Source: Ferroplasma sp.
Lineage (GTDB): Archaea; Thermoplasmatota; Thermoplasmata; Thermoplasmatales; Thermoplasmataceae
Reading direction: 5' to 3'
DNA: 64,000 bases
NCBI RefSeq assembly: GCF_031200575.1
Contig: NZ_CP133597.1
Location: forward strand, 1,732,571-1,796,570
The position numbers and the translations under genes were made by a program. Below the pieces are notes generated by a model that made no database searches, was not told the origin of the DNA, and saw only the letters and a list, made by a program, of their open reading frames with translations. The first letter of the stretch is position 1. Each line of letters starts with the position of its first letter. Positions 39,210 to 50,192 of the stretch are shown here, piece after piece.

Positions 39210-40265
39210 TTGATAAATATAGACAATTATAAAAAGCAAATGGATAGCCTCAGAGAAAGAATTAATCAAAAGCTCGAGGATTACTTCAAATTCAAACTGG
39301 ATGAATGCGATAATGAAATAATTAAGGATATAATAATAAAATTAAGGGAGTTTACAATGAATGGGGGCAAGCGCGTAAGGCCCATACTCCTGATAATGGG
39401 TTATGGGCTCTTTTCTGAAATAGATGAGAGGATAATAAATGCATCAATTTCTATAGAGATGGCCCAATCCTTTCTTTTAATCCATGATGATATAATGGAT
39501 CAGAGTGATATGCGCCGTGGAAAGCCAAGTTTTCACAGATCTGTTGAGAGTTCATTGAATCGTGATGGTATAGAAAGAATAGCGGAAAATATAGCAATTA
39601 GCGCCGGAGATTTAATCGATACGTTTTCACATGAGGCCCTTCTCAGATCGGGTTTTCCTGTAAATAACCTGCTTGATGCAGATTTTGAATTTTCAAAAAT
39701 TATAGAGGATACAGGTAAGGGCCAGATTCTCGATATATATTCAGCCCTGGAGGATGTATACAGTGAGGATAGGCTTTTAAAGCTCCATTTTCTCAAAACT
39801 GCAAGGTATACCATACAGGGCCCCATACTTATGGGTGCGCTTCTTTCTGGAAACAAACAGTATCTAAATGAAATACGGGATTTCGGGAAATATGCAGGAA
39901 TAGCGTTTCAACTTTATGATGATCTCCTTGGGCTATTCGGTGAAGAGGAAAAAACAGGCAAATCCATAAAAAGTGATGTTAACGAGGGCAAAAAAACACT
40001 CTTGATGATCAGGGCATATGAAAGCTCTGGCAGTGAAACCAGAAAATTTATTGATAAGTGCCTTAACAACGGGAATATTAGTGATTCGGATTTCCAGAAG
40101 CTCCGTAGAGTTGTAATAGAATCCGGTTCGCTGGATTACACAAAAAAGAAAATTGATGAATATAATAGCAAAGCACGTGCCTCACTGAAAAAGATCTCCG
40201 GCAACGAGGATATTATCGATATGCTTGATTTTCTTCTGGAATATTTAATAAAGAGGGAAAATTAA
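39210..40265 (+). CDS. idsA: polyprenyl (geranylgeranyl) diphosphate synthase
   Basis: First Asp-rich motif LIHDDIMDQSDMRRG and second motif YDDLLG. TTG start in the ORF track; an ATG alternative is at 39240. Confidence 0.85.
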   Translation: MINIDNYKKQMDSLRERINQKLEDYFKFKLDECDNEIIKDIIIKLREFTMNGGKRVRPILLIMGYGLFSEIDERIINASISIEMAQSFLLIHDDIMDQSDMRRGKPSFHRSVESSLNRDGIERIAENIAISAGDLIDTFSHEALLRSGFPVNNLLDADFEFSKIIEDTGKGQILDIYSALEDVYSEDRLLKLHFLKTARYTIQGPILMGALLSGNKQYLNEIRDFGKYAGIAFQLYDDLLGLFGEEEKTGKSIKSDVNEGKKTLLMIRAYESSGSETRKFIDKCLNNGNISDSDFQKLRRVVIESGSLDYTKKKIDEYNSKARASLKKISGNEDIIDMLDFLLEYLIKREN

Positions 40266-41170
40266 TACTTCGGCATATGCTGGGAATACATTTCCTTAAG
40301 GGTGCTGTCGTCAATATGGGTGTAAATCTGTGTTGTGGCCAGGCTGGAATGCCCGAGAATCTGCTGTATAAATCTTATGTCCCCGCCATTCCTCAATATG
40401 GAGGTTGCAAATGTATGCCTGAGCACATGAGGGGTGACCTTTTTCGTTATACCGGACTTTTCTGCAACACGCTTAACCATCCTCTCAATGGTGCTGGTAT
40501 TGAATTTAGTTTTCTTGTTTGATAGGAACAGGTAGTTGTTGTTTGACCTTATTTTTATCCGTTCTTTTATATAATCTTTTATTTGTTCCTTGCAGATATC
40601 GGGCATAACCACAATTCTATCTTTGTCTCCCTTCCCAGCGTGTACATATATAATATTTTCCTCGAAATCAGCATCGCCGATTTCGAGATTAACAAGTTCG
40701 CTGACCCGAATGCCGGTATATAGAAATACAGATATAATGGCCCTGTCTCTTATAGAACTGGACCCATTAAGAAGTATGCCCGCATCTTTCTGATTCAGAT
40801 AAACTGGCATTTTCTGTGATCTTCTTGGTGGAACAAGGTTCGGAGGGACCTCAGTATTTTTGAACTTATAGTAAAGTTTCAATGCCTTCATGGCAAGGTA
40901 CTGTGATGCCTTTGAGTATTTTTTTTCTGTTACAATAAAGTTCTTGTAATTTTCTATATCCTCAAAATTGATGGATGATATATCCTTATTACAGTATGAA
41001 AGAAATCCAGAAATAAGAAACTTATACTCTTTTATTGTGTAAAAACTTTTTCTTTCTGTGATCATAAACCTTTCGAATGACCGCAGTTCTCTTTCTGTAT
41101 CCATTTTTGTATATATGTTATCCCCTCTTATTTTTATTGTTTTATCTGTCATGGGTTCCGTAAGCATCAA
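40262..41170 (-). CDS. xerA: tyrosine recombinase XerA
   Basis: GIRVSEL, HVLRHTFAT and LGHSSLATTQIYTH catalytic motifs; about 300 aa. Confidence 0.85.
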   Translation of the reverse strand: MMLTEPMTDKTIKIRGDNIYTKMDTERELRSFERFMITERKSFYTIKEYKFLISGFLSYCNKDISSINFEDIENYKNFIVTEKKYSKASQYLAMKALKLYYKFKNTEVPPNLVPPRRSQKMPVYLNQKDAGILLNGSSSIRDRAIISVFLYTGIRVSELVNLEIGDADFEENIIYVHAGKGDKDRIVVMPDICKEQIKDYIKERIKIRSNNNYLFLSNKKTKFNTSTIERMVKRVAEKSGITKKVTPHVLRHTFATSILRNGGDIRFIQQILGHSSLATTQIYTHIDDSTLKEMYSQHMPKY

Positions 41171-41585
41171 TATCAGTATTTTTGGTGTCGGCTGTTTTAT
41201 AGTATGAAATTACCATTGTGAAAAATAAAATTGAGAGTCCCTCTACTATGAGGTAGCCAGATCTGATCCCATTGTACTGTGATGTATTTACTGGCGAAAC
41301 TTTTAATAGCAGTGCCATAGCAGAACCTGCAATAATAAAGATGGCAGATGACCCTAAAAGCATAATCCTGTTTCTTCTCATGCTCCTGTCCGGGAATAGA
41401 AGGCCAGTCACAACGAACACGTCACCGAATATTAGAAATACAGGGAATATTCTGGGTATTGCGCCTGAGTAATAATCTGACTGAAAATCCTGAGAAAGCC
41501 GGTTTCCAGGAAGCACAAAAATAAACAGGTATGTAATAACAACAATCGCCGTTCCAGAAAGGAAAAATATACTATACCTGTCCAT
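41142..41585 (-). CDS. membrane protein, hypothetical
   Basis: Four to five predicted TM helices. The start is set at the internal MDRYSIFF (the ORF track extends to 41669). It overlaps the xerA start. Confidence 0.45.
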   Translation of the reverse strand: MDRYSIFFLSGTAIVVITYLFIFVLPGNRLSQDFQSDYYSGAIPRIFPVFLIFGDVFVVTGLLFPDRSMRRNRIMLLGSSAIFIIAGSAMALLLKVSPVNTSQYNGIRSGYLIVEGLSILFFTMVISYYKTADTKNTDIDAYGTHDR

Positions 41586-41713
41586 ACTAATATTAATTGT
41601 CTGACATATATAAACATTTCCTGTTACTGAACCATGGATCATAAATGAATCCAGATGGCATACATCCATTTTTCAATACGTAAATTTATATCCTAAATGA
41701 ATATCATAATGCA

Positions 41714-42766
41714 ATGGAATTCAATAAAATCAGGGCCATGCATTTTCCCAATGATGTTTACATTGGCCATGATGCAATACAGAATGTACGTCATGTGGTG
41801 GAAAAAAATTTAAAATCTGGAACTGTTCTAATAGTATCCGGGGAGAAAACTTATAAAATAGCCGGCGAGGCTGTTATAGATAAAATGCAGGGGCTTGAAT
41901 ACCACCTTCTGATGACAGGAAATGCAACCATGGATGCCATAAAAAAGGCAAGAGAGGAAATTATAGGTATCAGGGTAGGCCTTGTAATTGGGGTAGGAGG
42001 AGGTTCTAAAATAGATATGGGGAAAAAACTCGCATATGATCTTGATGTCCCATTTATCAGTGTGCCCACTGCCCCCAGCCATGACGGCATTGCATCACCA
42101 AGAGCATCTATATATGATGGAAAATCATTCTTATCAATTGAGGCAGCCATGCCTTCTTCCATAGTGGCAGATACCAAAATTATGGTACGGGCACCTTACA
42201 GATTTGCTGCATCCGGTGCCTCTGATGTTATTGCCAACCTAACAGCTGTAATGGACTGGAAGATGGCAAACAGAATCAAGGGTGAATCTTTTAGCACCAC
42301 TGCGGCTGTGATATCTGAGTATTCATCCAGGGACCTGATAGAAAACGCAAATATAATACAGCCTGGTCTGGAATCAAGTATATGGCTGATAACAAAACAA
42401 ATACTGGCCTCGGGAACAGCCATGGCAATAGCCGGCTCATCAAGGCCAGCAAGTGGCAGTGAGCATCTGTTCGCCCATGCACTGGAGATTCTTGGAAGTG
42501 GAACTGCAATGCATGGTGAGCAGGTGGCCATGGGGTCCCTTGCGTCAATGTACCTCCATGGTGGAGACTGGAAGATGCTTTACGAAACATATAAAAAGAT
42601 AGGCGTTTCAACCAGGGCAGCTGACTATGGCATATCAAACGATACTGCCATAAAGGCGCTTTCCATAGCTCACAGACTTCGCCCCCAGCGGTACACAATA
42701 CTGGGGGAAACAGATCTAAGTGAGGGCGTTGCAAGGAATGCCTTGAAAACAACAGGAGTGATATAG
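41714..42766 (+). CDS. egsA: sn-glycerol-1-phosphate dehydrogenase
   Basis: Iron-ADH/DHQS fold with GVGGGSKIDMGK, VPTAPSHDGIASP and SGSEHLFAHALE; 350 aa. This is the archaeal lipid backbone enzyme. Confidence 0.9.
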   Translation: MEFNKIRAMHFPNDVYIGHDAIQNVRHVVEKNLKSGTVLIVSGEKTYKIAGEAVIDKMQGLEYHLLMTGNATMDAIKKAREEIIGIRVGLVIGVGGGSKIDMGKKLAYDLDVPFISVPTAPSHDGIASPRASIYDGKSFLSIEAAMPSSIVADTKIMVRAPYRFAASGASDVIANLTAVMDWKMANRIKGESFSTTAAVISEYSSRDLIENANIIQPGLESSIWLITKQILASGTAMAIAGSSRPASGSEHLFAHALEILGSGTAMHGEQVAMGSLASMYLHGGDWKMLYETYKKIGVSTRAADYGISNDTAIKALSIAHRLRPQRYTILGETDLSEGVARNALKTTGVI

Positions 42767-42894
42767 GCTTAAAGCATAACCTGAAGAACTGTGGACACAA
42801 AAATTTGACATAATGATTTGTAGTGGATATATTTCAGATGGTATTATATCCATGTTAAATGATAACTTTAATAAACCATTTAATTTTAAGGAAC

Positions 42895-43335
42895 GTGATC
42901 AAATTGAATAAAATAAGTTTAATAGGCGTTGATTTAGCCAAAAAAGATTTGGTGTTTACATTCAGAGGACCATTATCCGGGAAATGCGATGAGTGCAGGA
43001 TAAAAAATGTCTGCTTTAACCTTGAGCCAGGGAAATCATACCGCATAATAAACGTAAAAGAGCAGGTCAATCCATGTTTTGTATATAATAAAAACAAGGT
43101 ATCCACAATTGATGTTGAGGAGGTGCCTGATACTTACAATATACAGAACGGCAAAAGGCTTATGGAGGGTTCATCCGTAGAGTTGCGGAGCATGAAGTGT
43201 GATTACCTTACATGCCCCAACATTGAAAAATGCAACCTCCTGAACATAAAGGGAAACAAAAAAATTGTTGTAAAAAGGATAAGGGGTAAATTAACCTGCC
43301 CAAAGGGATATGATATGCGGGAAGTTGAATCCTAA
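42895..43335 (+). CDS. UPF0179 family archaeal Cys-rich protein
   Basis: ISLIGVDLAKKDLVFTFRG...CDECRIKNVCFNLEPGKSYRII..V matches the UPF0179 N-terminus (ITLIG..LA..G.EF.F.G...C..C..K..C.NLE.G..Y.I). The start is uncertain (GTG 42895, TTG 42904 or ATG 42859). Confidence 0.55.
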   Translation: MIKLNKISLIGVDLAKKDLVFTFRGPLSGKCDECRIKNVCFNLEPGKSYRIINVKEQVNPCFVYNKNKVSTIDVEEVPDTYNIQNGKRLMEGSSVELRSMKCDYLTCPNIEKCNLLNIKGNKKIVVKRIRGKLTCPKGYDMREVES

Positions 43336-44510
43336 TGCTGAAGATAGGTTTAATCGGAAAGCCAAATGCTGGAAAGTCAACATTATTTTCTGCAATTACA
43401 TCGATTGATGTTGATATAGCAAATTATCCATTTACCACAATAAAGCCAAATATTGGAATCTCCTTTATAAAGGATAAATGCCCGGAGGATGAAATACATT
43501 CAAGATGCAATCCCAGAGAGGGAAAATGTATAGATGGCATTAGGTATATTCCTGTAGAAATAATTGACGTTCCGGGGTTAATTGAAGGCGCAAGCGAGGG
43601 AAAGGGCATGGGAAATGAGTTCCTCGACAATATCAGGGATGCGGATATAATTCTCAATCTTTTTGATGCATCTGGCATGACAGATGTTGAGGGCAATCCT
43701 GCAGAAAAGCGGCATGACCCTGTGCAGGACATTGATTTTGTACATAGTGAAATAGTTAAATGGATGAATGGGAAAATATCAAAGGACTGGCAAAAATTTG
43801 CAAGGAAGGAGGACAACAGCCCGGATCGCCTGGAAGTCAAAATACTCCAGAAGGCTGCGACCTTTGGGATAAATGAAAAGGAAATGATACTAATAATGAC
43901 CAGAGAAAAATTCCCTGAAAAGCTTATTCACTGGACAGATGAAGATATACAGAGGTTATCTGAGGCCATACTGAAATACGCCAAGCCAGTTTTTAATATA
44001 GGCAATAAGGCTGATATGGTAACCGATGAAGAACTTGAATCTATGGAAGCGGGAAGGGGCAAAGTATATTTTATTTCTGCACAGTATGAGCTTGTTCTGG
44101 AAAAAGCATTAAAAAATGGATACATTATACCAGACGGTAATGGATTTTTATTTACAGATAAATCCGGAGGGTCACAGAAAACGGTGATCAATGCCATCAT
44201 GGAAAGGGTAAATGGGAATGTCGTAAAACGTTTTTACGATGTCCTGACTGAAATTATAAAATCACTTGGTTATATCGTGGTATACCCGGTTCTTGATGAA
44301 AGCAGGTGGACAGATAAGAACGGAAATGTTTTGCCTGATGCGTATCTAATGAAGGAGGGCGATACAGCACTGGACCTGGCATACAGAATACACACAGACA
44401 TCGGAAAAAACTTTATCCGTGCGGTGAATGGACGCACGCAGAGAGTAATAGGAAAAGATTATAAATTATTAAATAATGACGTTATCAAAATAATTTCAAA
44501 TTCAAGGTGA
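43335..44510 (+). CDS. Obg-family GTPase (YchF/DRG-like) with C-terminal TGS domain
   Basis: G1 [13 protein letters not shown]3 [10 protein letters not shown]4 NKAD, and a C-terminal TGS-like region ending VIKIIS. Its ATG overlaps the stop of the upstream gene by one base (TAATG). Confidence 0.8.
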   Translation: MLKIGLIGKPNAGKSTLFSAITSIDVDIANYPFTTIKPNIGISFIKDKCPEDEIHSRCNPREGKCIDGIRYIPVEIIDVPGLIEGASEGKGMGNEFLDNIRDADIILNLFDASGMTDVEGNPAEKRHDPVQDIDFVHSEIVKWMNGKISKDWQKFARKEDNSPDRLEVKILQKAATFGINEKEMILIMTREKFPEKLIHWTDEDIQRLSEAILKYAKPVFNIGNKADMVTDEELESMEAGRGKVYFISAQYELVLEKALKNGYIIPDGNGFLFTDKSGGSQKTVINAIMERVNGNVVKRFYDVLTEIIKSLGYIVVYPVLDESRWTDKNGNVLPDAYLMKEGDTALDLAYRIHTDIGKNFIRAVNGRTQRVIGKDYKLLNNDVIKIISNSR

Positions 44511-44514
44511 TATA

Positions 44515-44943
44515 GTGCCCAATGGTATGAATGCAGGAAAAAAATTAATGAAAGCAAGAAAACATTATGCGTGGTCGGATAGAGATTACAAGAGGAGAAT
44601 GCTAGATTTGAGGAGGAAGAGCGATCCTCTTGAGGGGTCACCACAGGCTAAGGGCATAGTTATAGAAAAGGTCGGTATAGAGGCTAAACAGCCTAACTCC
44701 GGAATCAGAAAATGCGTCAAGATACAGTTGATAAAGAATGGCAGGCAGTTATCCGCCTTTGCACCAGGTGATGGTGCCATAAACTATATAGATGAACATG
44801 ACGAGGTAATGGTTGAAGGCATAGGTGGAAGGATGGGAAGAAGTAAGGGAGATATCCCTGGAGTCAGATACAAGGTAATTAAGGTAAATGGCATTTCCCT
44901 GAATGAGCTGGTACGTGGAAGAAAGGAGAAAACAGTAAGGTGA
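44515..44943 (+). CDS. rps12: 30S ribosomal protein S12 (uS12)
   Basis: [31 protein letters not shown]...[15 protein letters not shown]; GTG start. Confidence 0.95.
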   Translation: MPNGMNAGKKLMKARKHYAWSDRDYKRRMLDLRRKSDPLEGSPQAKGIVIEKVGIEAKQPNSGIRKCVKIQLIKNGRQLSAFAPGDGAINYIDEHDEVMVEGIGGRMGRSKGDIPGVRYKVIKVNGISLNELVRGRKEKTVR

Positions 44944-44947
44944 TAAT

Positions 44948-45511
44948 ATGGATCAGTTAATAATGAATAAATATGACATTTCAGGAATACAAATAAAGGA
45001 TCAGGGGCTTGCAACATACATAAATCTCACATCTTACCTTAATCTTGATACAGGTGGCAGGTTTTCAAACTACCTTTCTGGAAAAAGGAATATTAATACC
45101 ATTGAAAGATTGCTTAACAATCTTATGAGAACAGAGAAGTGGACAGGAAAGAAGTATTCTGCATACAGGGTTCTCAGTGAAGCTTTTGACATAATAGCAA
45201 CAAAAACAAAACAGAATCCTGTCCAGATACTAGTATCAGCTATAGAGAATTCGGCACCCAGAGAGGAGGTTACTAGATTGAAGTACGGCGGTATTGCAGT
45301 ACCAAAGTCCGTTGATGTTTCACCTTCCAGAAGGCTTGACGAGGCCCTCAGGAATATAGCCCGTGGGGCAACGAAAGCATCTTTCAAACATAAAACACAC
45401 ATAGAAGAATGCCTGGCAAGCGAAATTATGCTTGCAGCAAGAAACGATGCAAATTCATTTGCAATAAGCAAGAAAGAAGAAATTGAAAGAGTAGCTGCCT
45501 CGGCAAGATAA
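44948..45511 (+). CDS. rps7: 30S ribosomal protein S7 (uS7)
   Basis: Follows S12 after 4 nt. [30 protein letters not shown]-terminal [13 protein letters not shown]. Confidence 0.95.
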   Translation: MDQLIMNKYDISGIQIKDQGLATYINLTSYLNLDTGGRFSNYLSGKRNINTIERLLNNLMRTEKWTGKKYSAYRVLSEAFDIIATKTKQNPVQILVSAIENSAPREEVTRLKYGGIAVPKSVDVSPSRRLDEALRNIARGATKASFKHKTHIEECLASEIMLAARNDANSFAISKKEEIERVAASAR

Positions 45512-45622
45512 ATTTATAGTATCCCATCGGGTTCAGATTCACTATTTTATTTATAATACCTGCTAATGTTATTTTTATTGTTGTATTATTCCATGTACCT
45601 GTTAAAAATTAAGTGTAACTCT

Positions 45623-46141
45623 TTAGGAATAAATGCTAAGAGCCACCATCATAATGACTATAATAATTAGAAGCGCCATTGTAATCATTGAGTATACATG
45701 CGTAACTTTCCTGATCTTTTTAATCTCATCAAATTTGCCCTCCTCATTAAGCCTTACTATAAGTTTTCCGTGATATATGTTGTTTCCGTACATAATTATT
45801 ATCATAACAACTATGATTATTTCAGCAGCAAGCAAAATTTTACCGCCTGTACTGGCTATGTACAGTGACGGGTTTAAGATATATTTATAGGTCATCAGAA
45901 GCCCTGTAAGGATAAGCAACCCAAGTGTTAAATTTGTCCAGAATGCAAAACGGTGTCCAACAAAACCCAGAAGCCGGGTACGGAGTTTATCATCATTCAT
46001 TTTATATGATTCCGGCCATAGGATAAGCCATATAAATATTGACCCGCCAACAAAGGTAATTGCAGAAAGCACATGCACAGAAAGCAGAACAAAAAATAGA
46101 GCCTTATGTAATGCCGGGGATATAATTAAGCCGTAATACAT
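45623..46141 (-). CDS. membrane protein (CopD-like four-helix, weak)
   Basis: 172 aa with four long hydrophobic segments. No firm motif. Confidence 0.4.
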   Translation of the reverse strand: MYYGLIISPALHKALFFVLLSVHVLSAITFVGGSIFIWLILWPESYKMNDDKLRTRLLGFVGHRFAFWTNLTLGLLILTGLLMTYKYILNPSLYIASTGGKILLAAEIIIVVMIIIMYGNNIYHGKLIVRLNEEGKFDEIKKIRKVTHVYSMITMALLIIIVIMMVALSIYS

Positions 46142-46215
46142 CGAAGTTAATTATTTACATATATATTAAATCTAACTTCTTTACCATGCTATAGATGGGT
46201 TTCCTGCTCTTATGC

Positions 46216-46665
46216 TTAATTTTTTTCAAGTAATTTTATATTGAGCACCTTCTCCAATTTTCTTGCAGTGCTTATATCCGGGAGCAGTTCACCCCGTTCT
46301 ATGTTGGAAAGGACGTTTTTACGCTCAAATATTTTCTTAGCCAGGTCATCCTGTGTCATATTCATTGATTCCCTCTTATTTTTTATTAACTCTGCGTAAT
46401 CCTCAACAACATCAAAGTCCTCAACATTTTCTTTATGTACAGGTTTCTTCAAAGGTGCCTGTTTTTTGAATGGTTTCTTGTATGTTACCACATTTATTTT
46501 CTTCTCGGGAAATTTTATTGTTATGCTTTCACTTATTTTGTTGAGTTTCTTTTCCTCAACTGGATCTCCAAATTTTGCGCATTTCGGGCATACATTAAGT
46601 ATGGCACCAGAAATACGTACCTTGATTAATTTATCGCTTGGTTCTCCGCACATTTCACAGTTCAT
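46216..46665 (-). CDS. mbf1: archaeal multiprotein bridging factor 1 (aMBF1): Zn-ribbon + XRE-type HTH
   Basis: N-terminal CEMCG...CPKC zinc ribbon and C-terminal HTH MTQDDLAKKIFERKNVLSNIERGE. Confidence 0.8.
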   Translation of the reverse strand: MNCEMCGEPSDKLIKVRISGAILNVCPKCAKFGDPVEEKKLNKISESITIKFPEKKINVVTYKKPFKKQAPLKKPVHKENVEDFDVVEDYAELIKNKRESMNMTQDDLAKKIFERKNVLSNIERGELLPDISTARKLEKVLNIKLLEKN

Positions 46666-46836
46666 AATAATATATGCCTATCTGAAATATAGATTTTATC
46701 AAATTAGCAATATTTGAAGTGGTGGAGTTATCCGCCCATAGATTATGCAGGAACCCGGGTCTCTCCATGGTTAAAAATTATGTAAAAATTATACAGAAAT
46801 AATCGAAAATATCCTATAATGTTATTAATCACCACA

Positions 46837-47187
46837 TTATAGTGAGTAATACCAGGGATAAACGCTGGTTGCGCTTATAGTCCTCCCAAGAAACCCATTA
46901 TTGTATTTTCCATGTGCCAGTATATGGCTTCCAACTGCCGGGGCTGACCCATTGAAATATACATAGAAGTAATGGCCAGAATCATTGATCTGTACAACAC
47001 TGGTGTTATCATATTCAAATCTGTGATCAACTGTACCGTACACATAATATGTGTTACCGCTATGCATTGAACCGGGACTTGCCGCTATGGCAACCGGTAC
47101 TATTCCATATGCAAGCAATGCTATTACAATTATAACTAAAACCGCTACTAACTTCCTTTCTCGTTTCTTCATGGTAGTTGGATACAA
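46837..47187 (-). CDS. small membrane-anchored protein, hypothetical
   Basis: KKRERKLVAVLVIIVIALLAYGIVPVAIA anchor followed by a beta-rich Tyr/Gly ectodomain. Confidence 0.4.
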   Translation of the reverse strand: MYPTTMKKRERKLVAVLVIIVIALLAYGIVPVAIAASPGSMHSGNTYYVYGTVDHRFEYDNTSVVQINDSGHYFYVYFNGSAPAVGSHILAHGKYNNGFLGRTISATSVYPWYYSL

Positions 47188-47265
47188 ATTATAGTATTAA
47201 AAATATTTGGAATTGCCATATATCATTTTTGGGAAGTTATATATTTTTATTGGCTATAGAGAATT

Positions 47266-47931
47266 ATGAAGAAGCATGATCATCCCCTGAAAATACAGAA
47301 CAGCAGGATTTTAATTGATAAAAGTAGAATTTATACTGCAACTGCTTATAACCAATCGGTATACGGGGAGAGAATCAAGAGATCTGGAAATGTATACTTC
47401 AGAGAATGGAACCCAAGAAGGAGCAAGCTCGCGGCTGCCATACTAAAGGGATTTTCTAGCATGCCTGTTGAACAGGATTCATCGATACTCTATCTTGGAG
47501 CATCCACTGGAACAACAGTAAGCCATGTTGCAGATATTTCATACAGGGGCAGTGTATTTGCAGTAGAATTCTCATATGATTCATTTATAAAGCTATACGA
47601 TCTGGCGAGGAGGAGAAATAATATCTTTCCCATACTGGAGGATGCCAATATGCCGGAGAAATATCAATTTTTTGTGGGAAATCCAGATATTATATATCAG
47701 GATATTGCACAGAGGAACCAGGTACAGATTTTCAATGAAAATGCAAAAATATTTTCATCTGCAAAAAAAGCTATGTTAATTATTAAGGCAAGGGCAATAT
47801 CATCCAACAGATCAGATAAGAGCATTATCAATTCTGCAGTAAGGCAGATAAAGGATTTCAGGGTGAGAGAAGTAATAGATCTTAAACCGTATGATGTTGG
47901 TAATTATTTCATATATCTTGATAAAGATTAA
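47266..47931 (+). CDS. flpA: fibrillarin (C/D box sRNP 2'-O-methyltransferase)
   Basis: SVYGERI, FREWNPRRSKLAAAILKG, and SAM motif LYLGASTGTTVSHVADI. Confidence 0.9.
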   Translation: MKKHDHPLKIQNSRILIDKSRIYTATAYNQSVYGERIKRSGNVYFREWNPRRSKLAAAILKGFSSMPVEQDSSILYLGASTGTTVSHVADISYRGSVFAVEFSYDSFIKLYDLARRRNNIFPILEDANMPEKYQFFVGNPDIIYQDIAQRNQVQIFNENAKIFSSAKKAMLIIKARAISSNRSDKSIINSAVRQIKDFRVREVIDLKPYDVGNYFIYLDKD

Positions 47932-48161
47932 CATGCATACCGCTTCTGTTAATAAAAATATTAAAATTTAAATAATTATATTATTCATAAAAGTTCTGGC
48001 TTGAAATATTTATTTTCTGTATTAATTTCGTATTTATCCATTTTTATTATAATTTTTGAAATAAATAATTTTTTCATATTAAATATATATTTAATTTGAC
48101 ATGAAAAGGCATTAGAAAAGGTTATATAGTTCTCTTTTTTATATCATATAAGGTAAGAGAC

Positions 48162-48443
48162 TTGAAAATAGAAGTTGGAGAAAAATATGATTTCGAAATA
48201 GAGAGGTCGGACATAGAGAACGTAACGGAGGGGTCAGTAATAGCAACATATTACAGCCTTGGCAACCCTATATATGTCGAGTTAATCATCAACAGGAGCC
48301 TGTCAAGAGAAATCAACAAATTCTTTGCAAACACAGAGAAAAAATCAGCAATAATATCAATAGAAAGAATATCAAAATCAAAATACAGGATAACTCCTAC
48401 TATAGTTATACTTAACAGACAGAGAGGTGCCCTCCAGAAATAA
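48162..48443 (+). CDS. hypothetical protein (TTG start)
   Basis: 93-aa ORF isolated in an AT-rich stretch of about 900 nt with low coding density. No motif recognised. Confidence 0.3.
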   Translation: MKIEVGEKYDFEIERSDIENVTEGSVIATYYSLGNPIYVELIINRSLSREINKFFANTEKKSAIISIERISKSKYRITPTIVILNRQRGALQK

Positions 48444-48830
48444 AGGATCTCTATTGATTATTTTACCTTCTTCCTGAATTATTAATTGTTTATTTTTATT
48501 TTTAATGAGTGTTTTATGCTGAAAGTAAGTTTTACGTTTTTATAGAAATGGCAGTAATTTTACGGATTCAAAGGTTAATGATATGCCCGAAAGGAAGGAT
48601 ATGCATGAATTTCAATTATTTATAGAAAATTTCCATATATTATTTACCAGCATAAAGGTTATTGATGAAATTGCCGAAATACTGATTCAAAAACTTTATA
48701 TACAGTTTTTATAATGTATAATCTGGTCTTTCTAATGTCGCTATACAGAAAGAAAGGAAAGGACGAATTAGATGAAGAAGCCAGCTATGAAGAATTAGAA
48801 AAAGATATATGGAGAGAAGATAAAAATAAT

Positions 48831-50114
48831 TCAGGGAGAAAGTCTGGTCCTGTCTCTAGGAAATAATGTCGATTCTCTGACATTATTTAAACCGAGGAGG
48901 TTCATCACAAGCCGTTCAAGGCCAAGCCCCCATCCGGCATGTGGTGGCATTCCATATTTAAATGCCTTTTCGTAAAATTCAAAGTCGTTTTTATTGAGCC
49001 CTTTTTTCATAAAATTTTCTTCCAGCATTCTGTAATTATGTACTCTCTGTGCACCGGAAGTTACCTCTATATCGTTCAGCTGCAGGTCAAATGATTTTGT
49101 TATCTCAGGATTTGTATCCGGGTGCGTATAAAATGGCCTCATGGCTGAGGGCCATCCGGTAATAAAATAAAAGCCGTTGAATTTCTGTGCCAGTATTTTG
49201 TTTGCCTCAGGTGAGAAATCATCACCGAAGGATAGTTTCAGGCCGTGGTTATTTAGGTATCCCAGTGCCTCTTCGTATGTTATCCTTGGGAATGGCGGAT
49301 CAAGCCTGTCAACATGGTATCCTGATCTTTCCAGTTCGGCGCCCATGACATCAATGGTTCTGTTGACCGCATAGGATATTGCTCTCTCGAGATATTCCAT
49401 TGCCTTTCTATCATCGATAAACGCCGCTTCCATATCTATAGAGGTAAATTCGTTGAGGTGCCTTACTGTATTTTCCTTTTCTGCCCTGAATGCAGGGCCA
49501 ACCTCAAACACCTTGTCAAATCCTGATCCTATGAGTATTTCCTTGTAGAGCTGCGGCGACTGGTTTAGATATGCCTGTTTTTCGAAATATTCTACGCGGA
49601 ATAGATCTGCACCTCCCTCAGTGGCTGCCCCAACTATTTTCGGAGTATGCACCTCTATAAAATTTTCCCTGTTCATATACTCCCTTATGCCGAATAGGAG
49701 CTGACTTTCAAACTTAAATATAACAAGATGCTCCGGTTTCCTTAAATCCAGAAAACGGTTGTTCAGCCTGGTATCGAAATCTGCTGACACCCTATCAATA
49801 ACCCCCAGTGGAAGGGGCGTGTCTGCAATGGAAAGTATTTCGACACCTGTAGCCAGAACTTCAGTTCCTGACCTGCTCACGCTTTTTTTATTCAGTATGC
49901 CATGGACTGAAATAACAGACTCCCTTGTTATCTCATAGAGCTCATCATAATTCGTAATGCTGCCCTTTTTCACGGTCACCTGAATCTGGCCTGTACTGTC
50001 ACGGACAATAATGAACATCAGGTTTTTTATCTTCCTGAGTTCCTGAATCCAGCCCTGCAGCGTAATCTCCTTCCCATCATCCAGTGTTTCTGTATCGGCA
50101 ATATAAGTTCTCAT
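48831..50114 (-). CDS. aspS: aspartyl-tRNA synthetase (archaeal/eukaryotic type)
   Basis: N-terminal OB domain, class II motifs [19 protein letters not shown] and GWGLGLERL. Confidence 0.95.
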   Translation of the reverse strand: MRTYIADTETLDDGKEITLQGWIQELRKIKNLMFIIVRDSTGQIQVTVKKGSITNYDELYEITRESVISVHGILNKKSVSRSGTEVLATGVEILSIADTPLPLGVIDRVSADFDTRLNNRFLDLRKPEHLVIFKFESQLLFGIREYMNRENFIEVHTPKIVGAATEGGADLFRVEYFEKQAYLNQSPQLYKEILIGSGFDKVFEVGPAFRAEKENTVRHLNEFTSIDMEAAFIDDRKAMEYLERAISYAVNRTIDVMGAELERSGYHVDRLDPPFPRITYEEALGYLNNHGLKLSFGDDFSPEANKILAQKFNGFYFITGWPSAMRPFYTHPDTNPEITKSFDLQLNDIEVTSGAQRVHNYRMLEENFMKKGLNKNDFEFYEKAFKYGMPPHAGWGLGLERLVMNLLGLNNVRESTLFPRDRTRLSP

Positions 50115-50192
50115 TCTTATGGTATATTTATCTATTATTAAATTCTTTAAGTTTTTTTTAGCAAACTATAACTATTCATTTAGGTTTTATGA

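Noticed and set aside
42196-42800. 111-aa and 169-aa ORFs antisense to egsA
   Set aside because: They overlap the firmly identified G1P dehydrogenase gene, so they are a by-product of its local codon composition.
44515-45511. Truncated str-type operon (S12-S7 without EF-2/EF-1alpha); likewise S13-S4-S11-RpoD at 56671-58939 without L18e/L13/S9
   Set aside because: Fragmentation of conserved ribosomal operons is a known trait of Thermoplasmata genomes, so this is not evidence of anything new here.
47932-48161. AT-rich spacer as a possible replication origin (MCM is in the same window)
   Set aside because: I could find no repeated origin-recognition-box-like elements, no inverted repeat pairs, and no orc1/cdc6 gene nearby.
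48663-48685. C/D-box sRNA-like motifs (TGATGA ... CTGA, with 13 nt between them)
   Set aside because: No matching C' and D boxes follow at the expected spacing, and there are no terminal stem or kink-turn partners. A single motif pair is expected by chance in AT-rich DNA.
48735-48866. 43-codon highly charged ORF (MSLYRKKGKDELDEE...) overlapping the aspS 3' end
   Set aside because: It has no recognisable family, its Lys/Glu-rich composition is compatible with chance in AT-rich sequence, and it overlaps a firm gene. It is mentioned only under the low-density-region finding.
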